In this document: in pieces, positions 1 through 11,570 of the stretch
How positions within the stretch are numbered: the first letter of the stretch is position 1
How the letters are laid out: each line of letters opens with the position of its first letter
Assembly: GCF_009834535.1 (NCBI RefSeq)
Contig: NC_045707.1
Location: 62,684,001-62,748,000, forward strand
Length of the DNA stretch: 64,000 nucleotides
Source: Camelus ferus
Taxonomy: Eukaryota
Direction of reading: 5' to 3'
Notes under the pieces: model-generated
What the model was told of the DNA's origin: nothing
Seen by the model: only the letters and a program-made list of their open reading frames with translations
The model's database searches: none
Made by a program: the position numbers and the translations under genes

Positions 1-1039
1 AAGGCTAGCGGATGTTTGAAGGTGATGGAATATCTAGTCAGGCACCGGGTATTTGAAATTTGGGAGGAAAGGTCACTTAAAGGTGGAAACAGGTTGGTCC
101 TGGAAAGAAAACTAAGTCAACCTCCTGGTTTTGCTTATCACTGGTCCTACTCAGGACTGATAGTACTGGGCATTAAAATTCTGGTTCTAATTCAAACTCA
201 CATGGTACCTAAGATTTACATAGTACTTCCTGGTAAATATTCTGGTTCTATTCCAAAGTCATATTTAAACTAAATTCTTCATGTAAAAACCACTCAAATT
301 TAAGAAGAAAAAGCAATTTTTAAAGAACAACTGTCTCTCTGATGAAATCACAATATTTTTTCTCTTTGAATTTTTTATTTGGTTTGAAGAAATTATAAAG
401 CTGATTACAAGTTAAATGGCTTTAGAGTTTTTTAGTCCATCCTTTTTTTTTTTTTTGAGATTGGCTCATTTCACTGTTTCACAGATGACTGAAGCCCTTG
501 TGGTTACTGGGTCTCATCCATCTTATTTTGGGTTGACTTTGTGAATCTCACTCATTTAGAGTAGATGGCCGTAGGAGTAAGTAGAATCTGGGAACAAAGG
601 TCTCACACTGGATAGGCATGTGACACCTAAAAGCCAATTTGACAGAAATGAAAGGAGACAGTTTTGGAAGTGATAGATAGGACAAATAAGGCACATCTTA
701 TGAGTTGGCAAAGAAAACATTCAGTTTCAGTTGCAGTGCAAATAGCATCGATGCATGTTTTCAGAAAGTCATAGTCTTAATGAATTCATGCATGTCAGCA
801 TCATTGTAAACATATTTGGTTTCGTGTATGTGTGTGTTTAGAGTTAAATTTTTCCGAAATCATCACCCCTGCTCCCCTTCCGTATTAGTCCAAACTTTAA
901 CTTCCATCTCTTTAACAAGCCTGTTTTTCTCCTTTCATCTCTCTGACTCGAGTATTTCTTGATTGTGCCTCTTTGGTTTTGTGTTTTACACTTAGCACTC
1001 ATTTGATGCTTTTAATCTTCAAAGCTCCTGAGAACATTA

Positions 1040-1210
1040 CCTAATTAATCCTCCCACAATCCTTACAGTCATGTAAGGAAATTCATTACTAGAATTTCTA
1101 CTTTCATATGTGAAGAAAAAATAAGGCAAGTTAAATGACTTACAAAAGAAAAATCTCAAAAAGTGAGTTCCCGCCTGCACTGAAACTCTTACGCTCAGTC
1201 ACATTGCTCC
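1040..1210 (-). mobile_element. MIR SINE fragment (degenerate)
   Basis: ttaatcctcccacaatcc...catatgtgaagaaaaaataaggcaagttaaatgactt resembles the reverse-complemented MIR core. Confidence 0.55.
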
Positions 1211-1514
1211 TGTATCTTCCTTTTCGTATAACCTTTCTGGTGTTCTTTGTTATAATGTACTTACTTTGATATTGTACATTTTACTTATTCATATTTCAGT
1301 CTCTCACAAAGAAGACTGAATTTCCTTCTTTTAATAATAAGCTTTCTGTTAATTTTCCATTTTCCATTTTCTCAATACTTGTTTTTGGCTTTTCCTATAT
1401 TTGTGTTTATTTGTAATTTTATAACCCTTTTACAGCCTCATCCATAATATTTTCAACATATTATGCAATTTTACTTTAATGCAAGACTTAATTAGATCGC
1501 CCATGATTATAATG

Positions 1515-1720
1515 AAAAAAGCAACAGCTTTAAAAGTCCTAAGTTCAGATTGAATGCTGACTTCTCCATTTGCTCCAATAGGTTAGTCAAATAAATTAAT
1601 GTCTCTGATATATGATATTCTTATCTACATATTAGAAAATAGAATGTATATTTCACTGGACTGCTGTGAGGATAAAAGAGATGACACATTCAAGCACCCA
1701 GCAGAGCACCTGCACACAGT
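1515..1720 (+). mobile_element. MIR SINE
   Basis: ...ctgctgtgaggataaaagagatgacacattcaagcacccagcagagcacctgcacacagt matches the MIR 3' half. Confidence 0.65.
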
Positions 1721-1761
1721 TGTTTCAGCTCTTCTTTCTTTTCTTTTTACTCTCCCAGTAC

Positions 1762-2470
1762 TTTGTTAAAAATTTAAGTATCTTAAAAAGTTAAGATCTT
1801 AACTGTCCAATTTTATGATTTTTAACAAATGTATATAACTGTGTAACCATCACACACCTCAAGATACAGGACTTTTCTATCCTGTGTCTTCAAGGTTTCT
1901 TAATGACTGTTTCCAGTCAGTACCTCCCCCAAAGTGACAAGTGTTGTGAGTTTCACCATCCATTAGTCCTGGGTATTCCAGAACCTCACATGAACAGAAT
2001 CAGTCAGAATGTATGACTACCTCCTTTCACTGACCATGTGCTTTATGACTCATAAATGTTGTTGAATGTTGTTATCAGTAGCTTTGACCTTTGTCTGTGC
2101 TTCTCATTCTGCTGATGGACATTTAAGTTGTTTCCAATTTGGAGCAATATATTATGAGGAAGGCTTCTTTCTACGTACATTCTTGTAAAAGACTTTCGTG
2201 AACAAATATTTTTGTTTATCTTGTGCAAATACCTAGGGATGGAATTGCTGAATCATGAGGTTTGACTTTGTAAAACTTTGCCCGTTTTTAATAGTGGTTG
2301 AACTCTTTTTTACACTGGCCCCAGAAGTGTATGAAAGCTTGGTTGCTCCACATTCTTGTCAATGCTTGATGCTGATAGTGTTTTAAATTTTACTCATTCC
2401 ATTGCATGTGTAGTGGTAGTTCGTAATGCATTTCTTTTGCATTGCTTTCATGATTAATGATACTGAGCAA
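1762..2470 (-). mobile_element. Ancient L1 (L1MD/L1ME-like) 3' end
   Basis: Diagnostic antisense L1M motifs: gatggacatttaagttgtttccaattt, aaatacctagggatggaattgctg, ttgctccacattcttgtcaa, atgattaatgatactgagca. Confidence 0.85.
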
Positions 2471-3546
2471 TAATTGGACCAATTATTTTTTTAGAAGAAT
2501 GCTGTTGTTTCTTCTCTAAACAACACTGTTACTGCTCAGTTGCTTTTTGATAAAGTACTAAATAGATTAGATTTTTATTTAATTTTCGAATTTTAACTTT
2601 ATAGAAGATATCACAGTAGGGACTGTTCTTTTATCAAGAGCAAAAAGAAGTACATGGCCAACCCTACTATCTTAATTATCAATATTCTTAACTTAAAACT
2701 GTCAAGAGCTATCAACTATCCCCTTCTGATAGAACAAGCATTGGCTTTTCTTCTGAAAACAGAATAATCTTTGAATTTTCTAGGATTTTATGGAAAGGTT
2801 TTCATGAAAATGTAAACTAATGCTGGAAAAAATCACAACAGAGCAGTGACTTTCTTTAAAGTTATGAAGGAGTCTGGAGGGCAAGCCAAATCAACAAATA
2901 GGGGAAAGATAAAACATAAAAAATGGATTAAATAGCTTGGGGAGCAAAGAAAGTGAATGACGATCCAAATTTGTGTCTGCGCGTTAGAATGTGATATCTC
3001 TGAGAATAGGTGTCAACGCGGAAGCGAGAAGAAGATCAGGAACCACTCAACTGGAGTTCACTCATCAGCATGTCTGTATCTTCTTCCACTTTCCATTACC
3101 TGGCACAGTTTTTTCCTCTGGACAGTAAAACTCAAAATAAATGAATATTATTTTACTAGCTGTCGTTAGAAAATAAAGTGCCTTCAGATGTTTTTCTTTA
3201 ACACAGTTACTTCAACCTTTCTTTTCCATTTGTCCTTTATCAACCACTCACTTTAGAAAGTACTGAAATATAAGAATTTTTTTAAAAATAGGATGCAAGC
3301 ATTTAGAAAGAGTTAATTGCATTTAGGCTTTTAGTCTAGGAATGATATAATTGACCAAGTTGCTGACTTCAGCTAGCTGAACTACTTAATCGAATCAGCT
3401 ATTGGCGATATTATTGATTTCTCAATTAACAGCCTAAAAGAATGAGAAAAAACAAAATGTCTGTTGGCCAATTAGTTCTTTCATTTTATGACCTGAGAGA
3501 CCTGCATTACACAACCTATCTGCCTATCTGCAATAGACATTGATAA

Positions 3547-3561
3547 ATAGATAGATGGATG

Positions 3562-3606
<45 letters not shown>
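3547..3606. repeat. (GATA)n microsatellite, 11 pure units at 3562-3605, with GGAT variants upstream
   Basis: Seen directly. Confidence 0.98.
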
Positions 3607-4004
3607 GGGAAAAAATGGAAAGAAAATCTCCCAGTGGGACTGCTCTGCCTTAGTAACTATATTTACATTCTCACAAGTAATAGTATGAAAAGATTATATT
3701 CACTGATTCCTAACGTTTCTCATAATATTCCAACACATTGTGCTCAAAATTGGAAAAAGGAAACTAGTTTCAATAGGAAACTAATCAGAGATAATCTATA
3801 CTCACAAGTCCAACTTTTTTGTCCTGGCTTTGGAATAGTTGCTTTGTGTGTGTTCATGTATGTATATGTATGTGTGTTGTCCAGAACCACAAAGAAAGAA
3901 GCACATGAAATCCTAGGAAAAAACTTCAAAAAAATTACAGCTATAGAAAGAACACTAAATTCTATTGTTAAGGGCACAATGCTAGTAAATTTTCAATACT
4001 ACCA

Positions 4005-4330
4005 CTGTCTTAATTCAAGTTCCCTAAAAACATGATGAGATAAGGATTAATGTGCAGTGATTTCCTAAGGACGTGCTTCCAGGGGAAACCAGTAAGGGAA
4101 TAGGAGAAGTAAGACATACAAGGAGAAGCCAAACAAGGATGTGATTCTAGATCATTCCAATTTCAGTTCTCAGGCTAACACAGCTGGCGAGCCCTGAGGT
4201 ATAAATTATATCTCACTTTGCCCCCCTCCATTGCGGCAATGGAATTTAGCATTCATACTCCTGCACGAGTCAGTCACTATGAGCTGCCTCAAGGGACATA
4301 AAAACATCTCTCAGTCACTTCCATCTTTTT
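4005..4330 (-). mobile_element. ERVL-class LTR relic (LTR16/LTR33-like)
   Basis: tgtcttaattcaagttccc...gagataaggattaatgtgcagtgattt...ccaggggaaaccagtaagggaatagg resembles remembered LTR16/33 antisense ends. Confidence 0.6.
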
Positions 4331-4699
4331 GGAATCACAAGGATAGTCTTCTGATCTAACAATGGTCCTAAAGTAAGAGCACCAGAAGATAGAAAAAAAA
4401 AATGAAAAGAAAGAAAAATTCAGTACGTGAAATTGCTCCTGCCCATCCCATAAATTTTTTAAGTTTCAGGCACTTAGGTTGGTCACAAGACAAACATGGA
4501 AACAAGAATGTGCGCGGGACAAGGCAAGGGTTCCACTCTCCATTGTCAGAAGTAGACAGGCAAGAGTGAGCAAGCCTTGAAAAGCACATTCCCGGATTTT
4601 AGGTTCAGCAGGAAAAGCAGACATGAGTGCTGTTGTCGAGGGGTTGAAGTTCTTGGCCTTCCTGAAGAGATAGCTCCTGTCTCAAGTACAAGAATGTCA

Positions 4700-5120
4700 G
4701 TACAACTTGAATTTAGCCATAATTGATATGGTCTCAACTAAAATACGAAAAAATTTTAATTCAAAAATATATTAAATTATGTTTGAAAATTAAGCGTATA
4801 AAATCAGTCAGGGACCTCACAGTCATCACTGCTTCAGGCATGGCTAGATCCAGACGTCAGTGGACCTTGTATGGACTCTTACTTTTCCCCATGTCTTGTA
4901 TATGTTTTGTATACATTTCTTCAACGTTTTTTCTTATTATACACCTCCATATGTTCAAGGAAGATTGTCTTAATCAGTTCCAGCAAAAATCATTCAAGCT
5001 GATCCCCATTTCAGCAGAATAATCTCTCTTAAGACCAATATATCATATCTCAGGAAAGACTATGACTGACCCCAGTTCAGCCCCTAGCCTGTCTAGAAAT
5101 AAATCATGACTAGGTTTTTT
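4700..5120 (-). mobile_element. MaLR LTR relic (MLT1K/L-like)
   Basis: gcttcaggcatggctagatccag motif typical of old MLT1 LTRs; boundaries poorly defined. Confidence 0.5.
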
Positions 5121-6298
5121 TTTTTTAAATATTCTAAGTGGCTGACATGTATCAATACTCATCTTTTTCATTGAGGATATGTGTACCCTGAGTGACATCC
5201 CTAGTGATGAAGGGGTGATAATATTCCAGTTGACTTACTTGGGTCACCATTCACTTGTTGGTAAATATGAGGCACTGTGAGTGACCTTCCAATGTGGTGT
5301 TGTGGTGATGGGTTTCCTCCAGGCAAGAATATTAGATACAGAAAGAACATAGACTATTTCATTGAAGCTAGAATGTCATCAGTGATAAAAGCATTATTAT
5401 TTATGTAACACTAAGAAAGAAAAGCTGCTATGAAACTATATTACAATATTTTCTTAGCATATACTTTTTATATTTATTGAGGCTTTTTTGGACATAATAA
5501 TGGTACATTTTTGTTTAGAAAGAAAATATAAGTGAAATATATTGATTAAAGTGCCATTAGAACATTTCCATATTCAGTGCCCAACTCTCCTAAAACTCTT
5601 CAACTTAGAATGCGTGTGTGTCTATGTGTGTGAGTGTGTGTATATGTCTGTGACCATGTGTATTTTCACACATTATCACACCTTATGCCAAGGAGAGTTT
5701 TGTTATTGCAGCATTTCTTGGAAGAGTGCCCCTATCTTTGTATCTGGAATTTTCTTCCAAGCTAGTTACACTCATTCTGGAAGGTTTGATGCAATGGACA
5801 AGCAAAAAGAATGTGTTTCTTAATTGCCACTTGAATAATAGCAGTTGGAAGAGTAATCTCAAATTCAGAAATGTTAATATAACAAAATTTGAATCTTAGT
5901 AGCCATAAACATATTATGCCAGTAAAATGGATACAATATAAATAATTGTTCTTTAGTTATCTTGATGTATTTTGTTTCAGTGAATATTAACATATGCATT
6001 TATATTTAGAAGGTCTTCTATCAATTTTCTCCACTAAATTTATTTTCCCATAGTTTGTCTCTTACCTTCAAGGCTTTAACGAATCTAATTGTAGTAGTGG
6101 GGTAGAGACTTCTTAGGTAGTAAATATTTTTTTTTAACTGACATAATGTGTAAGAACATAAAATAATAAAATATCAGACTCCAATATAGTACTTCCAAAA
6201 TATTTAGTTGTACCACCTTTCCAGGCAATCAAGGATCTTATCACGAGGAATCAGTTACATCCTTTTCAAAATAAATTCTGTAAAGCCAGTTTATATAG

Positions 6299-6793
6299 TG
6301 AGGTAGGCAGAATAATGTCCCTCTAAATATGTCCACATCCTAACCCCTGGAACCTATGAATATGACATGGTACATGGCAAAGGGGAATTGATATTGCAGT
6401 TGGATATAAGATTTTTAATCAGCTGAACTTGCGATATGGAGGTTATCCTCGACTATCTACTTGTGCCCAATCTAATTACAAAAATTTTATAAGTGAAAGA
6501 GGAGTCAGTGTCAGAGTGTTATTAAAAAAAAAATCTCAACTGGCTATTGCTGGCTTTGAAGCTGGAAAAAGATCACTAGTCAAGGAATGCAATAGCCTTT
6601 AGGTTGGAAAAGGCAAGAAAACAGGTTCTCCCCTAGTGCTTCTAGAAGGCATACAACCCTGCCAACACCTTGATTTTATCCCACATAGACTAATCCAGAT
6701 TGCTGACCTCTAGAGCTGTGAGATAATACATCGATGCTGTGGTAAGCCTCTGTCTGTGGTCATTTGTTACAGCAGCCATAGAAAACTAACGTA
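6299..6793 (+). mobile_element. MaLR solo LTR, MLT1D-like, near full length
   Basis: Starts tgaggtaggcagaataatgtccc...gtccacatcctaacccctggaacc; internal ggaaaaggcaagaaaacaggttctccccta; ends catttgttacagcagccatagaaaactaa. Confidence 0.9.
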
Positions 6794-7664
6794 ATTTCTT
6801 AACTAACTCTTCCTATTTTCAGAAGGAATGATGCTAATAATTAGTAAACATCTGCTGAGTTTCATAAAATCAGTATTTTTTTTTTACAATTTCATGTTCC
6901 TAGAGAAATATCTGAATGTAATAAGAACTAATGAGCAGGGCTTGATTCTTTTTCTGAGTTTACAGGGAAAAAAAGTGCCTGTCTTGATCTTGGGCTCCCT
7001 AGCCTCATTATTATGATTGAAAGGGAGGGAAACACTCCAATCTTCCTGAGAGTGTCCTTGATTGGGTAAATCACAGGTTGGTTAATCTGTCAGGCTACCT
7101 TTCCAGAGAATCAAGGATCTTACTTATTACCAAGAATCTGTTCAGCAAGAACCACTGCCAGTAATCAAATACCAAGACACTATCTGACAGGAGTAATTAA
7201 TAATAGGGTTTTGTTTATTGGCCCGTAAAACCGTCAGAGTGCGTGTTTCCCATTGCAGAGGCATCTTTTAAATGAACAAACACAAAAAACAACCCATCAC
7301 AAAGAATGTCATTAAACATCATACAATTTGTAATAATTTGTTGGGGTGGTTTTCCTCTGTTCATAAATATAAATTTAGCTTCTGTCCTCAAGATGACAAA
7401 AAAAAAATGGTGACGTAGAGCTCAGAGTAAATAAATACGGCATTCTTTACCTCCAAATTTAATATCACGTCTTGTCAAAGGTGCTGGGAATACGCTGAGC
7501 AGTAGGAATAGCTAATTCAACACAAGGAAACAATCTGCTCAGTAGAGTTTAGCATCTAATTCTTTCTCTCATTAGCAGTTCTGTGTCATCACAATGATAC
7601 GTGCTGTATCATTTCAGACTCAATGTGAGAACGGCCATCATTAGCCCATGTACTCTAAAATGTT

Positions 7665-7800
7665 CACTGACCAATTGCGGTGATAAATGGCAGTATAAAT
7701 CCAAGCAATCGGGCAAGGGTTAGGGGCCCGGGGAGTGGGTCCAGGGAAAGAATGTGCGGATATGTGTGCTTCCTAGCAACCGTTTCCATAGTTATCCAAA
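7665..7800 (+). promoter_or_regulatory. Putative promoter/enhancer module (CCAAT, TATAAAT, G4 motif, tandem RFX-like sites)
   Basis: CCAAT 7671-7675; TATAAAT 7694-7700; six G3+ runs 7711-7746; CCTAGCAAC 7772-7780 and GTTTCCATAGTTAT 7782-7795. Motifs are seen; function is inferred. Confidence 0.35.
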
Positions 7801-8330
7801 AAAACAACACTGCCTCCCTGCCTTTCTCCCTTGCCCTGTTTCCCCTCTTATTAAGCATAATTTTACTCAACAGCAAAGACTAATAAAGCAGAACCTTTCC
7901 GATGAACTCTGGATTTCTGTGAATGCCTGTGGCATTTTCTTACTAGCCAGTTACTATAACAATTGTAGAGTCGTAGTGAGCAATCTCAGATTGTCTAAAA
8001 AAGGTAATTATTGCTTTTTTATTATTATTATTATAGTGGGTCAATTAAGGGAAATATAGAACTATAACTTTCACAGATTTACTATAGAATCCTGCGGAAG
8101 GTTACTTTGCTTTATCTCATCTAGAAATTCATTGGGTATATCATAATCTATTGTAGCACAGGTAATAAGAGTTGTCCGGAAGGAAATTGTTTCATTAGTA
8201 GGCTTCTAAAATGTTGAGTAAAGAAAAAAGCAAGCTATTATGCGGTGAAAATATCTGTGTAATCCTGCAAAAAAAAAATATGCACAAATGTAATATGTAA
8301 ATAGTACATCATAACCCAGATTGATATATA

Positions 8331-8353
8331 TGTGTGTGTGTGTGTGTGTGTGT
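8331..8353. repeat. (TG)n microsatellite
   Basis: Seen directly. Confidence 0.95.
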
Positions 8354-8976
8354 ATGCGTGTTTGAACGATTAGATGTGTGTTTGAACAGTTTTAAATTGC
8401 TCTACAAGTTAAATTGAGATTGCTGTCTTTAAGAGACATATTTAAGCTCTAACCATCAAAATCACTTAGGAGAAGCATGACTTTGTCGCCCTTCCTAACA
8501 CAGTCCATGGCACATGCCTGTTACTCAGTAAGTGTCAATTCTAATTGCCAAAGTTGTCTTCCTGCATAATTTCAGTTTTGCTACCTAAAATTCTTCATGC
8601 TGTGTTTAAGAAAACATTGCATTTTCTCCTTTGATGCGTATTGTTACTGTCAGTCCGATGTCATCATGCAGTAAGGAGGTGCTTAATTCCCAGGACCCAT
8701 CTGAGCCTTCCTGAGGCAACAGTTCTTGTATGCGCTGGCTTTGCCTCTGTCCCCTTCTACGACCACCGTGCTTTCTCAATACCAGCCTGACACGTGTTCA
8801 CTTCCTCAAAACATTTTTTCCATGTTAGGTAAAAGCTTCTCTAATTTTATATTCTATTCCAGGTTTTATAAGTGGCTGAAAACAGCTTAATATTCCACCT
8901 CTTCCTGGGGAATACCGAGGGGAATTTTACCAGCGCTTTACTGGGCACACAATGATAAAAGCAGAAGTAGAAGCCA

Positions 8977-9031
8977 TAGTAATAATAGTAATAGTAATAA
9001 CCATCATCATCATCATCATCATCATCATCAT
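8977..9031. repeat. (AAT/AGT)n followed by (CAT)10, at the tail end of a MIR
   Basis: CAT x10 at 9002-9031, directly adjacent to the MIR 3' end. Confidence 0.95.
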
Positions 9032-9278
9032 AGCTAAACTTATGGAGCCTTCATTTCCAAGCACTCTAAGGACTCTGTCTTTATGCTCACCTATGTTTCT
9101 CATATCTACCTCTGAAAGACACACTTTTACTCATTCCATCAGCCTCACACGGGAAGCAACAGAGGCTCAGATGGTTTGGAATTTGTCAAAAGTCACCCAG
9201 TTTGAGCATACGAATGAAAAACCTGAAACTTCTGATTCCAGACACTTAGAATTTAACTACCACGTTCTAATGCCTCCC
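9032..9278 (-). mobile_element. MIR SINE, near full length
   Basis: gaagcaacagaggctcagatggtttggaatttgtcaaaagtcacccag...tctgattccaga...taactaccac is the antisense MIR core plus head. Confidence 0.75.
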
Positions 9279-9981
9279 TGTTTTAACCCCAAGAGTGATC
9301 TTAATTGGACGTGTCCATTGCTTTGGCAGTCTGGTGATGGAGATTCTAAGTCAGGCATATCTTTCACACAAAATCATGTCGTGTGTTACACTGGGTACCG
9401 TCCAGTAGATTCAGCTGGTGCTCAACTTTTGACAACTTTTAACTTTTGTTGTTAGTTGTATGCGAGCCAGCATATTTGTTCAGGGCCAGTGATACATGGA
9501 CATAGTTTCTGTTCTTTTAAAAATTAGTTCAACCAAAACCACACTGCATGCAATGGATAATCCACACTTAATGATCAATAGTGTTATCCGGTTGCTTGCA
9601 GTTTCTGATTTCCTCACATTTGTCCAGCGTCCTGAATTTAAAAAAAAAAAAAATTTACCTTTCTATTTAGTGAAGCAACATGTGGAAAACCATTTTGTAA
9701 CTCAATTTCTCAGCTCTTTCCTCCTGCTGGAAGTACAGCTTTTAGGGGCGTATGTGAAATACTGGACTTGATTCTCATTATCACCTGCTAATTACCTGCT
9801 GTGAAGAGTGTGTTACCTGATAATGACACATTGTAAAATATTGATCAAAGCCTTCCCTGGCACACGGACCTAACAGTGTGAACTTCTTTGTTTTCTGCGA
9901 CTAGGTTGTTACCAAAGGGAGAAAATTTTAAGGCCAGCTAATGTCATGAACTCACCATTGCCTCTTTGAATCAGAAAAAAA

Positions 9982-10050
9982 TTATATATATATATATATA
10001 GAGAGAGGGGAATTTATATATATATATGTACATGTATACATATATATATA
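9982..10050. repeat. (TA)n/(GA)n low-complexity tract
   Basis: Seen directly. Confidence 0.9.
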
Positions 10051-11309
10051 AATTTTTTTCATCAATTTTTTTGGTATCTATAAATGCATGAGGGGAAGAA
10101 CTCACCTTCAAATAGAATCACTTATAACGTGCAGTAATTAGTAATAGCCTGGGAAAATTCTATGTAGCTTAATTATATTACCCAAAGATCACCAGACCCT
10201 CTGCACAGTATCCATACTTAGTGCATGTTGTATATATTTATCCCTAAGTTAATATACATAGTAAGATGCCACATCTATATGTATATATCACATATAGGAA
10301 TATATAGAGATAGAGATATATATCTTACATAAATTAATATATATATATAGTAAGTGCCAAAGACTGTTCAACTAGAACACACGTCTGTATTCTATGGGTA
10401 TTTTACTCCAAAGATGGTAGGAGCTATATAAAATTCCATTCTGCTTTTAAAATGAAAAAGAAAGAGAGAATCCAATGAATTCAGAGCAAAATATAAAGAC
10501 TTATAGATGTTTTAATGGCCAGTGTGACCTTGAGCTCATACCTGAAACTGGGCTAACAGAGGTTAGAATGGTGAAAAGACAATATAGTACAATAATGGGA
10601 AACAAACTAAATTTCGTTTGTGTTTCTAAAGTTTATCACACGTTTAGTATATCTTCGTCTTATGAAAGACTTATTTTTTCAGTTACAAAAGATATAGTTG
10701 TTATTGGAACAGATATTTTGGAGAAACAAAAAGAAATTGCTAAAATTTCTAATTTTTCTCAACTTGGAAATTGCTGAAATGTTGGAATAAGCAGCAGTTC
10801 CCAAGCCAGAATAAACACCAGAGTGATCTGAATTTTTTTAATGAATTAATTAAATGTCTTCCTATTTCTATAAAGCTTGTAGTCTCATGATGGAAAATTA
10901 AAAAATGAACAAAAAGTACACAAATAAGCAGCGTGATTTTGGATAGGAATTGATCAAAGCTATAGTGGAAACATGCCAGGGGTACAATGCAGAGTAATGT
11001 GTGCAAAATCATAGTCGGCGGCCACTGGACAAGGTCTAGGTCCTCTTTTGTCTCTGCTTTTTAGCTAAACCTGATTGCTTTCAGTCTCTTGTGCTGAACA
11101 TGCTCTCCATGTCACAGAAGGAAGGAAGGAAACTGTTCCCCATGCCTGAGATGGACTGCTTCCCAGATGCAGGTAGATGAGTACCACCAGAGGGAGGTTT
11201 TGATCACCTTAACATCAGGTTAAATTCCTCTGCTTTGAAAACTTTGGTCATCATAGCACTGGCCATTACCATGGGATACCTTTGTGTCAGTGTTTAGTTG
11301 TTACATTAA

Positions 11310-11570
11310 CTCCTTGATTAGACTGCAGACTATCAGACTGAAGTGTTAGTAACCTTGTGTTTTTGCTTTCTTTCCTATTCCGACTACCTACAAGAGTGTC
11401 TGAAACATAAAAGCAACTCAGTCAGTTGTGTCAGGTATGTGTCTACTGCTTGGTATACAAAATAATAAACCAACAAATAATTAAAATTGAGTCCCAGACT
11501 TCAGTGAGCTCACAGTACACTGTGAATAATCAACAGGCAACAATTTCAGCATAAATTAGATACTCTGTTA
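11310..11570. mobile_element. Two L2 3'-end fragments, apparently tail to tail
   Basis: tagactgcagac...cctacaagagtgtctgaaacata (sense L2 tail), then tcaggtatgtgtctactgcttgg...gtcccagacttcagtgagctcacagt (antisense). Confidence 0.5.

Noticed and set aside
3378..3391. 14-bp perfect palindrome TTCAGCTAGCTGAA (also the 8-bp inverted repeats at 7593-7613 and ~12124-12140)
   Set aside because: Several palindromes of this size are expected by chance in 64 kb.
3634..4035. 133-aa ORF
   Set aside because: GTG start, includes TG-repeat-derived residues, runs into an LTR relic, no homology recognised.
6800..6830. Strong 3' splice site (ctaac...tcttcctattttcag); similarly at ~34680-34696
   Set aside because: No convincing downstream donor at exon distance; isolated acceptors are common.
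8952..9455. 167-aa ORF with poly-Ile, and the antisense poly-Met ORF 8927-9124
   Set aside because: Read-through of the (AAT)n/(CAT)10 microsatellite and a MIR; not a real signal peptide or gene.
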